From a bacterium (GTDB taxonomy: Bacteria; UBA10199; 2-02-FULL-50-16; JAJFLM01), in the NCBI GenBank assembly GCA_965216315.1, contig CBDCFN010000016.1, forward strand, positions 864,001-928,000: a DNA stretch of 64,000 bases. The letters are read 5' to 3'. Of the stretch, positions 10,161 to 19,916 are shown one piece after another (position 1 is the first letter of the stretch; each line of letters begins with the position of its first letter). The translations under genes and the position numbers were made by a program. The notes below the pieces were generated by a model, which saw only the letters and a list, made by a program, of their open reading frames with translations, was not told the DNA's origin and made no database searches.

Positions 10161-10862
10161 ATGGCTCGTCGAGCAACTCAATTACGCCCTATTAAAATAA
10201 AACCCAAGCCGATCAAGACGGCCGATGGCTCCTGTGAGATTTCCTTTGGTGATACGCGGGTGATTTGCACCGCCATGTGGGAAGAGGGGGTGCCTCCTTG
10301 GAAGCAAGGGCATGGGAGTGGTTGGGTGACGGCTGAGTACGGGATGCTGCCGGGCTCCTCCCCGCAGCGGATCAAGCGCAAACATTCCAGTCGTGCGACC
10401 GAAATTCAACGTCTCATCGGACGCTCTTTGCGGGCGGTAACGGATTTGGAGGCGCTGGGTGAGAATATGATCAATGTCGATTGCGATGTTATTCAGGCGG
10501 ATGGTGGCACGCGCACGGCGGCGATTACGGGCGGCTTTGTTGCGATGGTCTATGCCATGGTGAAGGCGAAGAAAAATAAGATTATTTCGGAGATTCCCGT
10601 TAAAGATTATGTTGCGGCGGTATCGGTTGGGATTATCAATAATCGACTTTGCCTGGACTTGGATTACGAGCTCGATTCGCGTGCCGATGTGGATATGAAT
10701 GTCGTGATGACCGGATCCGGCAAGCTCATTGAAGTGCAGGGAACGGCGGAAGGCGATCCATTCAGCCGGCGGGAGCTTAATGATTTGGTTACGCTGGCGG
10801 CCAAAGGAATTCGCAAACTAATGGACGGTCAGAAAAAGTTGATTGGTAAGTACATCGACTAG
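10161..10862 (+). CDS. rph: Ribonuclease PH
   Basis: GWVTAEYGMLP, RATEIQRLIGRSLRA, DCDVIQADGGTRTAAITG, EVQGTAEG. Confidence 0.97.
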   Translation: MARRATQLRPIKIKPKPIKTADGSCEISFGDTRVICTAMWEEGVPPWKQGHGSGWVTAEYGMLPGSSPQRIKRKHSSRATEIQRLIGRSLRAVTDLEALGENMINVDCDVIQADGGTRTAAITGGFVAMVYAMVKAKKNKIISEIPVKDYVAAVSVGIINNRLCLDLDYELDSRADVDMNVVMTGSGKLIEVQGTAEGDPFSRRELNDLVTLAAKGIRKLMDGQKKLIGKYID

Positions 10863-12427
10863 GCGGGTTGCATGCGGTTCCTCGCTAAATGAACTGCAAG
10901 AATGAGCATTTGAATCCCAAATATTGTCCCTAGAAAGATCGTTCCGCCCTCGCTGAACCCATAGCTGTGGAGGCCAGCGGCGAGAATGTAATTGACGCCA
11001 AACCAGGCCATCAAAATCCCTAAAAAGCTCAGCGCGACGAGCGGAATGAAACGTCGGAATGGGATCCAGCCCGAGAAGCGCCCATGGAGAATGGCGACGT
11101 ACATTAAGAGGGCGATGAGTGACCAGGTTTCTTTGGGGTCCCAGCCCCAGAAGCGTCCCCAACTGTAGTCCGCCCAGATTCCTCCGAGGATGATGCCGGC
11201 GGCTAACAAGATGACACCGACTTTGAGGCAGACATAGCAAAGGTTGCTGATGCGCCGGGTAAAAACTTGCGGTACGTCGCCAAAACTCGAGCGGATAAGA
11301 TAATAGTTGGCCATGAACCAGCTCAATGCAAAGACTGCGTAGCTGATCGTAATCGTTGTAACATGCGTTGAAAGCCAAAAATTATCGCGCAGGACGGGGA
11401 CGAGAGGTTTGATTTTAGGGTCGAGCATGCCATGGGCAAAGGTCATCATAAACAGACAGCTCAAATTAAGTCCGAGCCCGACCAAGACAAAGATTTTTTC
11501 GCGGCGCCAATAGGCGAGAATTGTTGCAATCAGGAGGCCGCCGACGCCGACCCACATTACGGTTTCGTACATATTCGTGACAGGTGCACGCTGGGAGATC
11601 ATGACGCGATAAACGATGGCCACTATTTCAATGATGAACGTGATGGCGAGTCCGGTGATGACAGCCGGGTGATTGATGCGTCGGCACGCGGCTGTTACGA
11701 TGAGTGTCAAGAGCGCTGCTAAGATCGCCCAATGAAATAAGCGAAGTCGCTCATAAGTCAATTCAGTCAGATGAGCATTGTCAACTTTGGCGGCATAATC
11801 GGCACCCATCCTGAGAAGAATCGGGGTCATCTTTGCAACGCCGTTTTGGTTTTCCTTAGACAGTGCGGCAAGTTCTCGTAACGGAATCCAAATAACCTTG
11901 TCAGCACTGACCTGGGCCCCGTCATGAAAAAAAGGCGCTTTCCAGTTATTGCCGTTGATGATGTCGTGGTAGAGCCGCGTTTTTTGAATGACTGCGCCAA
12001 TATCCTTAGCGAATGGTGATTTGTCTTTTTTCTCCGTCTTGAGAATAGAAAGCTGCGCTTCGAGTTCAGGGATCTTGGCGGTGATGTCAGTGTAGGTAAT
12101 CTGATTGCTGTCGATCTTGAGCAAGGCTTGGGTCTTGATATGATCCACGCGGATGGGCAGCGCGGGGGCTTTCTGCTGCGCCGGATCGAGGGAGCTTAAA
12201 CTAAGTCGGCAATACAACTCCATCGCCGATTGGCCCTCCCATTTTGATTTGCCGTAGATAAATTTAATGGTTTCCTTCGCATGAACCTCGAGGGGTTTAA
12301 CGCGCCCGCCTGCCAGAATAGGCAGGGCCTCCAGCTCTTTGGGGCAATCTTCCGCGGCAAGTGCCGGGGTGGCACAAAAAACTACCGTGATGAAGAGGAC
12401 GGTTTTAATGAGCAATTTGTGGGTCAC
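10859..12427 (-). CDS. ccsA: Cytochrome c biogenesis protein CcsA/ResC (system II) with N-terminal periplasmic domain
   Basis: WADYSWGRFWGWDPKETW (WWD domain), PVLRDNFWLSTHV, GLHSY; GTG start overlaps the resB TGA. Confidence 0.92.
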   Translation of the reverse strand: MTHKLLIKTVLFITVVFCATPALAAEDCPKELEALPILAGGRVKPLEVHAKETIKFIYGKSKWEGQSAMELYCRLSLSSLDPAQQKAPALPIRVDHIKTQALLKIDSNQITYTDITAKIPELEAQLSILKTEKKDKSPFAKDIGAVIQKTRLYHDIINGNNWKAPFFHDGAQVSADKVIWIPLRELAALSKENQNGVAKMTPILLRMGADYAAKVDNAHLTELTYERLRLFHWAILAALLTLIVTAACRRINHPAVITGLAITFIIEIVAIVYRVMISQRAPVTNMYETVMWVGVGGLLIATILAYWRREKIFVLVGLGLNLSCLFMMTFAHGMLDPKIKPLVPVLRDNFWLSTHVTTITISYAVFALSWFMANYYLIRSSFGDVPQVFTRRISNLCYVCLKVGVILLAAGIILGGIWADYSWGRFWGWDPKETWSLIALLMYVAILHGRFSGWIPFRRFIPLVALSFLGILMAWFGVNYILAAGLHSYGFSEGGTIFLGTIFGIQMLILAVHLARNRMQPA

Positions 12428-14088
12428 GCTTCGCTTCTCCTTCGTTTGGCGCGAATCCTGTGATGAATAAGGATACCGCCAATCAATAATATGCAACCTA
12501 AGTATTTGATCGGTCGCCCGGGATCTCTATTGACAGACAGCACCGAGGCATATGATTTGCCGTCGCCTAAGGCAAAATAAGAGGCTTGATACAGGGTAAA
12601 GCCCCCTTTTTTAAGGGGATTATTCATATAGATATGGGCCTGAGTCGTTTCACTGGCGTCACTGACTTTGACGAAACTTTCGTAGCTAGCGGCATCCATC
12701 GTGCCTGGATTGGTGGCCATTTTGAATTCTTCGAGTTCAATCTGAAAGGGAAGTTGATGGACCCGGTCACCCAACATAATTTGGAAGCTGTCACCGTTTG
12801 CCGCCTCAAATGTCTTTGGGCTCTGGTTGTCGACCCAAAAAGAGTGACTCGTCGCTTGGCTTTCACGATCCGTAATCTTGATGAGAGCAGCGCGATGTCG
12901 CTGCGCTTGGCTGCCATCCGGGGGCTCATAAGACCACTCCAGATAAGGGAGCTTGTTGTCGATAATGCGCGTCAGTGTCATTTCCAGTCCCATCCAGGGG
13001 AGGCTGTAACCCCTGAAGAGCTCCTCGTCTTCGAATGTCCACTGGGTTCCTTTGCCATAAGCCAGCCGCTTATCTCGAAAAAATACAATGTTCGGTGATT
13101 GACGCCAGGTCTCCAACGGAACGAGATTCATGTCAGAATCTTCGTCAATGCGAATTTCTTCAGTGATGGGTTGGGCAATCATCTGCGGAAAGAAATTGTA
13201 TGTTGTTCCGTCGCGCGTTATCACGACTTTTTGATAAGGTTCCTCTTGCTCGGTTTTAAATTGCAGGCCTTGCTGCTTAATTCCTTGTAATGAGATTGCC
13301 GGGAGCACGAGGCAGCGTTGGTTATCCTGGTAGAGATACTGGGCCTGAGTGTCTTTGATAGCGCGGGCAAAGCACTGACTATCAATTCTCATCAAGAGGG
13401 TGATGCTCAAAGGCCCTAACTTTTTCTTGTCATCGCCGCGATTGTGATTGGAGACCTCAATTTTCTGCTGCATATTGGCGCCGGCGAGTTTGGCCCAGAT
13501 AAGACGTTTGGCCGGCTTGCCCGCGGGGTTGTCTCGCCAGAGCTGTCGGCCGGTTGCAAACGGGATATAGCGTTCGATGGAGATGTCGTAGTTGGCAAGG
13601 TTGATGTATGGGGTGTCCCCAAGTTCAATCTCTTTTGTCGCACGTGGTAGATCTGAGGCGTAGCGCAATGATGATTGTTTGGCATTGTCAAAGTAGTGGA
13701 CGTAGATTCGAGGCTCATTGATGAGGACATTGCCATTTGCCTTGCCCGGCATGAGTTCGAGCGAACCGTCGATCCCGAAGAGGGCGGTCACGGCGCTACC
13801 AATCAGTATGGTGAGAAGCCCCGCGTGAATAATATAAAAGCCGGTCAAGCGCACTCGATAGGGGAGGCGAACGAGGGCCGCAAACAGGATATTTAAAAAG
13901 AGGAAAATTTCTGTAATGATGAAAGGCGTAGAAAGGTAGACGGCGTCCTTAGCAAATGCCGCCCCATATCGAGATTCGGTGATGGTCCCCCAGATCATCA
14001 GAACCATCAGCGACAAAATCACGCAGACCGCCAGTTTGAGCGAGGCGAGAAATTTAACGACTTCATTTTTACAGAATTTCTTCCACAT
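12424..14088 (-). CDS. resB: Cytochrome c biogenesis protein ResB/CcsB (system II)
   Basis: FLASLKLAV..IWGTITES, IIHAGLL, IYMNNPLKKGGFTLYQASY, SVLSVNRDPG; start ATG 14088. Confidence 0.85.
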   Translation of the reverse strand: MWKKFCKNEVVKFLASLKLAVCVILSLMVLMIWGTITESRYGAAFAKDAVYLSTPFIITEIFLFLNILFAALVRLPYRVRLTGFYIIHAGLLTILIGSAVTALFGIDGSLELMPGKANGNVLINEPRIYVHYFDNAKQSSLRYASDLPRATKEIELGDTPYINLANYDISIERYIPFATGRQLWRDNPAGKPAKRLIWAKLAGANMQQKIEVSNHNRGDDKKKLGPLSITLLMRIDSQCFARAIKDTQAQYLYQDNQRCLVLPAISLQGIKQQGLQFKTEQEEPYQKVVITRDGTTYNFFPQMIAQPITEEIRIDEDSDMNLVPLETWRQSPNIVFFRDKRLAYGKGTQWTFEDEELFRGYSLPWMGLEMTLTRIIDNKLPYLEWSYEPPDGSQAQRHRAALIKITDRESQATSHSFWVDNQSPKTFEAANGDSFQIMLGDRVHQLPFQIELEEFKMATNPGTMDAASYESFVKVSDASETTQAHIYMNNPLKKGGFTLYQASYFALGDGKSYASVLSVNRDPGRPIKYLGCILLIGGILIHHRIRAKRRRSEA

Positions 14089-14145
14089 TTCTTTATTTTT
14101 CCACGGGTTCCCGATCGCGCCAATGATCTCATTACATTGGTGCTC

Positions 14146-14181
14146 ATGACGAATATCATATCTGTCAGAGATATCAATCAT
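14146..14181. promoter_or_regulatory. Two FNR/Crp-like boxes in the divergent resB/hao promoter
   Basis: ATGAC-GAAT-ATCAT (14146-14159) and GAGAT-ATCA-ATCAT (14168-14181), starts 22 bp apart. Confidence 0.6.
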
Positions 14182-14257
14182 GGCTGTAAGACCCTTATTT
14201 AAGGTATATAGATGGGATCTATAGGCGCAATTTATTTAATCTTTTTGAGGAGGCATC

Positions 14258-15712
14258 ATGAAGCCGGTTAAATTTAAGAGCCCTTTTCTACTTGGTCTCG
14301 TTGCAGCGGTAGTGATTCCGCTGATGGCGGCGCATGCGGGCAGTCTCCCCACTGAACTCAGCGCCGAGAGCAAGAAATGCGCAACCTGTCACCAGCAAGA
14401 AAATGATTCCATCTACCAACAGTGGGGCGAGTCAAAGCACTATCGGGCGAATGTTGGTTGTTTTGAGTGTCACGAGGCTCAAGCGGGAGATAAGGATGCC
14501 TTTAGTCATTATGGGCAGACAATCGCGACGATTGTTTCTCCTCAGGACTGCGCGAGTTGCCATGAAAAAGAAGTGAAGGAATTTACTGAAAGTCATCATG
14601 CTAAGGCCGGGCGGATTATGGGCTCATTGGATAATCTCCTCGCCGAAGTCGTTGAAGGGAATACCGGTATGAAGACAGCGGCCTTTCCCCATGGGATCTC
14701 CGCGGCGGCGGTCAATGGCTGCTGGCAGTGTCATGGTTCTGAAATCAAAGTTCTCAAGGGCGGAAAACTGGATCCTGCGACCTGGCCCAACTCGGGAATG
14801 GGGCGGATCAACCCGGATGGGTCCGAAGGTTCCTGTTCGGCCTGTCATTCACGCCACAGTTTTTCAGTCGCTCAGGCCCGCAATCCTGAAAATTGCGGTA
14901 AATGCCATATGGGCCCCGATCACCCACAACTTGAGATCTATAATGAATCAAAACACGGTATTGCCTACCAGGCGCACAAAGCCGATTTAAAGATGGATAG
15001 CGCTAAATGGGTTGTCGGCGAGGACTATAGCGCCGCCCCAACTTGCGCGACCTGTCATATGTCGGCGACCAAAAACCAGCCGGTCACTCATGATGTCGGA
15101 CTCAGGTTGTCGTGGAATAATCGGCCTCCTAAGTCGGTTCGACCCGAAGTCTCCGATGCTAAACTGGGGCTCAAGACAGCGAGCATCCCGTGGACGAAAC
15201 GACGTGCCAACATGAAGGACGTTTGTACTTCATGTCACAATAAGGATTTTACGGATAATTTTTACTTTCAGTATGATGAGCTTATCAAGCTGTACAATGA
15301 TAAGTTTGCAGACCCCGGGTTGAAGCTGATGGCTGCGGCCAAGCCCTTAATGAACAAGCCAAAATTTGCGAGTGACATTGATTTTATCTGGTTCGAGATC
15401 TGGCATCATGAAGGGCGCCGTGCTCGTCATGGCGCCTCGATGATGGGGCCTGACTATACGCATTGGCACGGAACCTATGAAATTGCGAAGCATTTTTATG
15501 TAAAACTGATTCCAGCGTTAGAAGAGCTTGCGAAGGATAATCTCAGTTCCAAGGATGCAACCACAGTTGCTGCCGCGAAGAAGTTGCAGGCAACGATCAG
15601 CGAGGTGCTCAACTCGGATGATCATAAGTGGTATTTGGACAAGGAAGATCCCAAGGTCAAGGCGGCCCGCAAGAAACGTCAGACTGAATTTAAGAAGCGC
15701 TACGGGAAGTAA
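14258..15712 (+). CDS. Octaheme cytochrome c, hydroxylamine oxidoreductase family (reductive/epsilon-Hao-like), Sec signal
   Basis: 8 CxxCH motifs (CATCH, CFECH, CASCH, CWQCH, CSACH, CGKCH, CATCH, CTSCH); CHSRHSFS, CHMGPDHPQ, YNESKHG, GASMMGPDYTHWHG. Confidence 0.9.
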   Translation: MKPVKFKSPFLLGLVAAVVIPLMAAHAGSLPTELSAESKKCATCHQQENDSIYQQWGESKHYRANVGCFECHEAQAGDKDAFSHYGQTIATIVSPQDCASCHEKEVKEFTESHHAKAGRIMGSLDNLLAEVVEGNTGMKTAAFPHGISAAAVNGCWQCHGSEIKVLKGGKLDPATWPNSGMGRINPDGSEGSCSACHSRHSFSVAQARNPENCGKCHMGPDHPQLEIYNESKHGIAYQAHKADLKMDSAKWVVGEDYSAAPTCATCHMSATKNQPVTHDVGLRLSWNNRPPKSVRPEVSDAKLGLKTASIPWTKRRANMKDVCTSCHNKDFTDNFYFQYDELIKLYNDKFADPGLKLMAAAKPLMNKPKFASDIDFIWFEIWHHEGRRARHGASMMGPDYTHWHGTYEIAKHFYVKLIPALEELAKDNLSSKDATTVAAAKKLQATISEVLNSDDHKWYLDKEDPKVKAARKKRQTEFKKRYGK

Positions 15713-15728
15713 TTAAACGAGGTGATAG

Positions 15729-17213
15729 ATGAGATTAGTAATGATATCGGGAGCTGTTTTACTGCTCATCCCGTTCATGTTGGCCTGTTCCGGTGAAGCC
15801 GGTTCGCATGGTTTTTCCTCTTCCAAGTATGCGGTCAATACGTCGACCTTGCCGGCAGAACTGACTGACGAATCGCAAGCCTGCATTTCCTGCCATATGA
15901 AGGAAAACCCAAGCATCTACCAGCAATGGGGTGGTTCCAAGCACTACCGTGCCAATGTCGGCTGTTATGAGTGTCATCGCGCCAATAGCTCGGATCCTGA
16001 TGCCTTTGATCATTATGGGATGAGTATCTCCATTCTCGTGTCTCCTCAGGATTGTGCGCAATGTCATGCCAAGGAAGTCAAAGAATTTACATCGAGTCAT
16101 CACGCCAAAGCGGGCCGCATTATGGGCTCACTCGACAACCTTCTCGCTGAAGTCGTTGAAGGGAATAATAAAATGGTGACGGAGGGGTTCCCGGACGGGA
16201 TCTCGGCAGCTGCGGTTAACGGCTGTTGGCAGTGTCACGGGTCTGAGATCAAGGTGCTCAAGAATGGCAAATTGGATCCGGCGACCTGGCCGAATTCCGG
16301 TATGGGGCGGATTAACCCGGATGGCTCGGAAGGATCTTGTTCCGCTTGTCACTCACGGCATGAATTTTCCGTTGCACAGGCGCGCGGCCCTGAGAATTGC
16401 GGTAAGTGTCATATGGGTCCGGATCATCCGCAGATAGAGGCCTTTAATGAGTCAAAACACGGCATCGCTTTTTATGCCCACCGCGATAAGATGAACTTAG
16501 ATAATCCGAAATGGATTGTCGGCCAAGATTATACTGCGGCACCGACTTGTGCGACCTGTCATATGTCGGCGACCAAAGATCTGCCGGTGACCCATGATGT
16601 CGGACTTCGCATCTCTTGGAACAATCGACCGCCAAAATCAGTTCGACCTGAGTTGTCGGACGCCAAGCTGGGGCTTCCAACCGCCAAGGTAAAATGGACA
16701 GAGCGTCGTGATAATATGAAGAAAGTTTGTGTATCCTGCCACAATCAACAATTCACTGATAATTTTTATGTTCAATACGATGCCTTGATCGATCTTTATA
16801 ATACTAAGTTTGCGGATCCGGGTCTCAAGTTGATGAAGGCGGCCAAGCCGCTGCTTAAGCCCGTCAAATTCAGTAATGAGTTAGACTTTATCTGGTTTGA
16901 ATTATGGCATCATGAAGGGCGGCGAGCCCGTCATGGTGCTTCAATGATGGCGCCCGATATTACGCACTGGCACGGGACCTACGAGATCGCGAAACATTTC
17001 TATGAGAAGTTTATTCCTAAGCTGCAGAAGTTGGCTAAGAAGAATCTCGATAATAAAGATGCCGGCAAGGCAAAGGCCGCCAAAGAACTCAAAGAACTCA
17101 TTGTCACGGTACTCAACTCAGATGATCATAAATGGTTTATTGGGCAGGAGAGTCCGGAGGCAAAGAGAAAAAGAGAGCAGCGGCGAGAAGAATTTAAGAA
17201 ACGGTATAAGTAG
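15729..17213 (+). CDS. Second octaheme HAO-family cytochrome c, predicted lipoprotein
   Basis: 8 CxxCH motifs; lipobox-like FMLA-C20; GASMMAPDITHWHG; closely similar to the upstream paralog. Confidence 0.9.
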   Translation: MRLVMISGAVLLLIPFMLACSGEAGSHGFSSSKYAVNTSTLPAELTDESQACISCHMKENPSIYQQWGGSKHYRANVGCYECHRANSSDPDAFDHYGMSISILVSPQDCAQCHAKEVKEFTSSHHAKAGRIMGSLDNLLAEVVEGNNKMVTEGFPDGISAAAVNGCWQCHGSEIKVLKNGKLDPATWPNSGMGRINPDGSEGSCSACHSRHEFSVAQARGPENCGKCHMGPDHPQIEAFNESKHGIAFYAHRDKMNLDNPKWIVGQDYTAAPTCATCHMSATKDLPVTHDVGLRISWNNRPPKSVRPELSDAKLGLPTAKVKWTERRDNMKKVCVSCHNQQFTDNFYVQYDALIDLYNTKFADPGLKLMKAAKPLLKPVKFSNELDFIWFELWHHEGRRARHGASMMAPDITHWHGTYEIAKHFYEKFIPKLQKLAKKNLDNKDAGKAKAAKELKELIVTVLNSDDHKWFIGQESPEAKRKREQRREEFKKRYK

Positions 17214-17218
17214 ATCTT

Positions 17219-17743
17219 ATGTTTAGACTACGTGTTGCTACGGTATTTTTTGTAGGATTTGTGCTGGCAGGTTTGTTGCTATTAATTTCATCTCAAACGC
17301 GCGCGATCGAGCTGGATCCTAATGTTGAGATTGATGTAAGGGGGATGCGTCTGGAGATGTTCCCTTGTTCTAAATGTCATAATCTAATCGGAAAAAGTGA
17401 AGGGCGTAAAGAAGCGGCGCATCGCAATGTCCATGTCCGTCACGGGGAGATCAATAAAAATTGTCTCAATTGTCACAATGGCGATAATATGGATACCTTG
17501 CATTTACTGAATTCAAAGAATGCCCTGCCATTCGAGAAGTCTTATCAAATTTGTGGGCAGTGCCATGGCAATATCTTGAATGAGTGGAATCTTGGAATTC
17601 ATGGTCAGCAGACGGGGAGTTGGAACGGCAAAAAACTGCGGCAAACCTGCTCGGCATGCCACAATCCGCACCAACCAAAATTTAAGGACATGAAGCCTCT
17701 TCCGGCGCCGCAACATCCGCATGAGAGGAGGGCAAGACGTTGA
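17219..17743 (+). CDS. Small tetraheme cytochrome c with N-terminal signal/anchor
   Basis: CSKCH, CLNCH, CGQCH, CSACH; hydrophobic N-terminus. Confidence 0.85.
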   Translation: MFRLRVATVFFVGFVLAGLLLLISSQTRAIELDPNVEIDVRGMRLEMFPCSKCHNLIGKSEGRKEAAHRNVHVRHGEINKNCLNCHNGDNMDTLHLLNSKNALPFEKSYQICGQCHGNILNEWNLGIHGQQTGSWNGKKLRQTCSACHNPHQPKFKDMKPLPAPQHPHERRARR

Positions 17744-18684
17744 TACAGTGGACTCGAACCGATAAACGCGTGAGCGCCAAACTTAAGAAGCAGCTGCGGT
17801 CGCGAGTCAGTCGTCGCAATGTTCTCAAAGGATTATTTCTGGGAGCGGCGGCCGCGATGGTGACACCGGCAAAGACGGCCAAAGCTTTTTCTTGGGGCGA
17901 ATTTTTTCAGCGTCATTATAAAGAGCTAAGCCCGGAAGATAAGAAGAAGGTATTTGCGCGCATCGAAACGGAAACAAAAGAGCGCTATGGTGTCAATGTA
18001 GAGATCACTGATCCGCCTGCTATGGATGGTGTCGAGTTTGTTTATTGTCTTAATCTGTCCAAGTGTAATGGCAATAGAAAGTGCGTTGAGGCCTGCGTCA
18101 AAGAGAATAATCAATCGCGCGACCCGCAGATCCAATATATCAAGGTCCTTGAGATGCCGAAGGGTTCCATGAACTTAGAAGCAGGGGACCAATACTATGA
18201 ACATGATAAGGTTCCTCAGCAGGACAAGTATTATCTGCCGGTTCAGTGCCAGCAATGTCGTAATCCTCCCTGCACGAAGGTGTGCCCGGTTGAAGCGACC
18301 TGGCAGGAAAAAGACGGAATTGTGGTTATTGATTATAACTGGTGCATTGGTTGTCGTTATTGTGAGGCGGCCTGTCCCTATGAGGCGCGACGCTTTAATT
18401 TTACGACGCCGACAATTGCGCCATCGGAGATCAATCCTAAGCAAGGCTATCTATCGAATCGCGTCCGCCCCAAAGGGGTCGTGGAGAAATGTACGTTTTG
18501 CTTGCAAAGAACCCGGAAGGGCCAGTATCCGGCCTGTTTGGAGGCGTGTCCCACGGGTGCGCGCAAGTTCGGTAATATCCTCGATCCCAAGAGTGAGGTG
18601 AGGGCGATCCTCGAGAACAAGCGCGTCTTTGTCTTGAAAGAAGACTTGGGAACGATGCCGCGCTTTTATTACTTTTTTGATTAG
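17740..18684 (+). CDS. Tat-exported 4Fe-4S dicluster protein, NrfC/DsrO/PsrB family
   Basis: SRRNVLKG twin-arginine motif; CNGNRKCVEAC, CQQCRNPPCTKVCP, CIGCRYCEAACP, CTFC..ACLEACP; TTG start with GAGGAGG RBS. Confidence 0.88.
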   Translation: MIQWTRTDKRVSAKLKKQLRSRVSRRNVLKGLFLGAAAAMVTPAKTAKAFSWGEFFQRHYKELSPEDKKKVFARIETETKERYGVNVEITDPPAMDGVEFVYCLNLSKCNGNRKCVEACVKENNQSRDPQIQYIKVLEMPKGSMNLEAGDQYYEHDKVPQQDKYYLPVQCQQCRNPPCTKVCPVEATWQEKDGIVVIDYNWCIGCRYCEAACPYEARRFNFTTPTIAPSEINPKQGYLSNRVRPKGVVEKCTFCLQRTRKGQYPACLEACPTGARKFGNILDPKSEVRAILENKRVFVLKEDLGTMPRFYYFFD

Positions 18685-18692
18685 GAAGAGCT

Positions 18693-19916
18693 GTGATTAA
18701 ATATTTACACTTTTGTAAAGCGATGACCCTTGAGGTCCTGAGAGGATCAAAGCGCTACTATGCATGGATGGGATTTCTCGCGGTGATCATCCTTATCGGG
18801 GTCGTGGGCTATATTCATCAGTTAAATGAGGGGCTTATTGTCACGAATATGACGGACCAGGTGTCATGGGGCGCCTATATTGCGAATTTTACCTATATCG
18901 TCGGGCTTGCTGCAGCCTCGGTCATGCTAGTAATCCCGGCCTATTTTTATAAAATTAAAGAACTGATCCATATCACTTTTGTCGGTAAGTTGTTTGCGGT
19001 GGCTTCGATCATTATGTGCCTCTTGTTTGTTGTCGTTGATATGGGGCGCCCGGATCGTTTTTGGCACATTATGCCCTTTGTCGGCCGCATGAATTTTCCA
19101 TATTCTATCCTTGCCTGGGACGTCATTGTATTGTCGGGTTATCTGTTGCTCAATCTGCATATTCCCGGGTATCTTTTATATAAGAAATATATTGGTCACC
19201 CCCCAACCGACAATTACTATAAACCCTTTGTTTATATTGCCGTCTTCTGGGCAATCAGCATTCACACCGTGACCGCCTTCTTATACGCCGGCCTGGGCGG
19301 ACGGCCTTTTTGGAATTCTGCAATTGTGGCGCCCCGTTTTATTGCATCTGCCTTTGCGGTCGGGCCGTGTTTTCTGCTGATCGCGTTGCAGTTTATCAGA
19401 CGATACACCCATCTTAAGGTGGAGAATTACATCTACACCGTGCTTAAACGGATTATTGCGGTTGCGATGATTATCAATCTCTTTTTGCTTGGTTCGGAGG
19501 TCTTTAAGGAGTTTTATACGCAGTCGGCCCATACCGCAGCGGCGAAATATCTCTTTTTTGGGTTGCATGGGCACAACATGCTGGTTCCCTACATCTGGAT
19601 TGCGGTGGTTTTTAATGTCATCGCGACAATCATTTTTGCCAGTCGCAAACTGAGCCGCAAAATGAGACTCGTCAATGTCGCTTGCATTATGGCGATTGTG
19701 GGCATCTGGATTGAAAAGGGGATGGGTTTATTGGTTCCGGGCTTCATTCCCTCTCCGTTGGGCGATATTGTTGAGTACACCCCATCAATAACGGAGATTT
19801 CGGTGTGTGCCGGGATTTGGGCACTGGGGTTCTTCCTCTTTACGCTCTTCCTTAAGGCAGCGATCCCTATAGAAACGGGTGAGCTGCGGCTACATAAAAA
19901 AACGGCAACCCGGTGA
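18693..19916 (+). CDS. NrfD/PsrC/DsrP-family quinol-interacting membrane protein
   Basis: TNMTDQVSWGAYIANFTY, VDMGRPDRFW, SILAWDVIVL, WIEKG..L.VPGF; many hydrophobic segments. Confidence 0.88.
   Translation: MIKYLHFCKAMTLEVLRGSKRYYAWMGFLAVIILIGVVGYIHQLNEGLIVTNMTDQVSWGAYIANFTYIVGLAAASVMLVIPAYFYKIKELIHITFVGKLFAVASIIMCLLFVVVDMGRPDRFWHIMPFVGRMNFPYSILAWDVIVLSGYLLLNLHIPGYLLYKKYIGHPPTDNYYKPFVYIAVFWAISIHTVTAFLYAGLGGRPFWNSAIVAPRFIASAFAVGPCFLLIALQFIRRYTHLKVENYIYTVLKRIIAVAMIINLFLLGSEVFKEFYTQSAHTAAAKYLFFGLHGHNMLVPYIWIAVVFNVIATIIFASRKLSRKMRLVNVACIMAIVGIWIEKGMGLLVPGFIPSPLGDIVEYTPSITEISVCAGIWALGFFLFTLFLKAAIPIETGELRLHKKTATR

Noticed and set aside
14258..17213. Assembly-artifact duplication or repeat element
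   Set aside because: The copies differ at many synonymous sites and have different signal peptides and C-termini.
17740..19916. DsrOP of dissimilatory sulfate reduction, or alternative complex III
   Set aside because: No dsrMK/dsrAB or ActB/D/E/F genes; the same families serve many redox complexes and here are cotranscribed with Hao genes.
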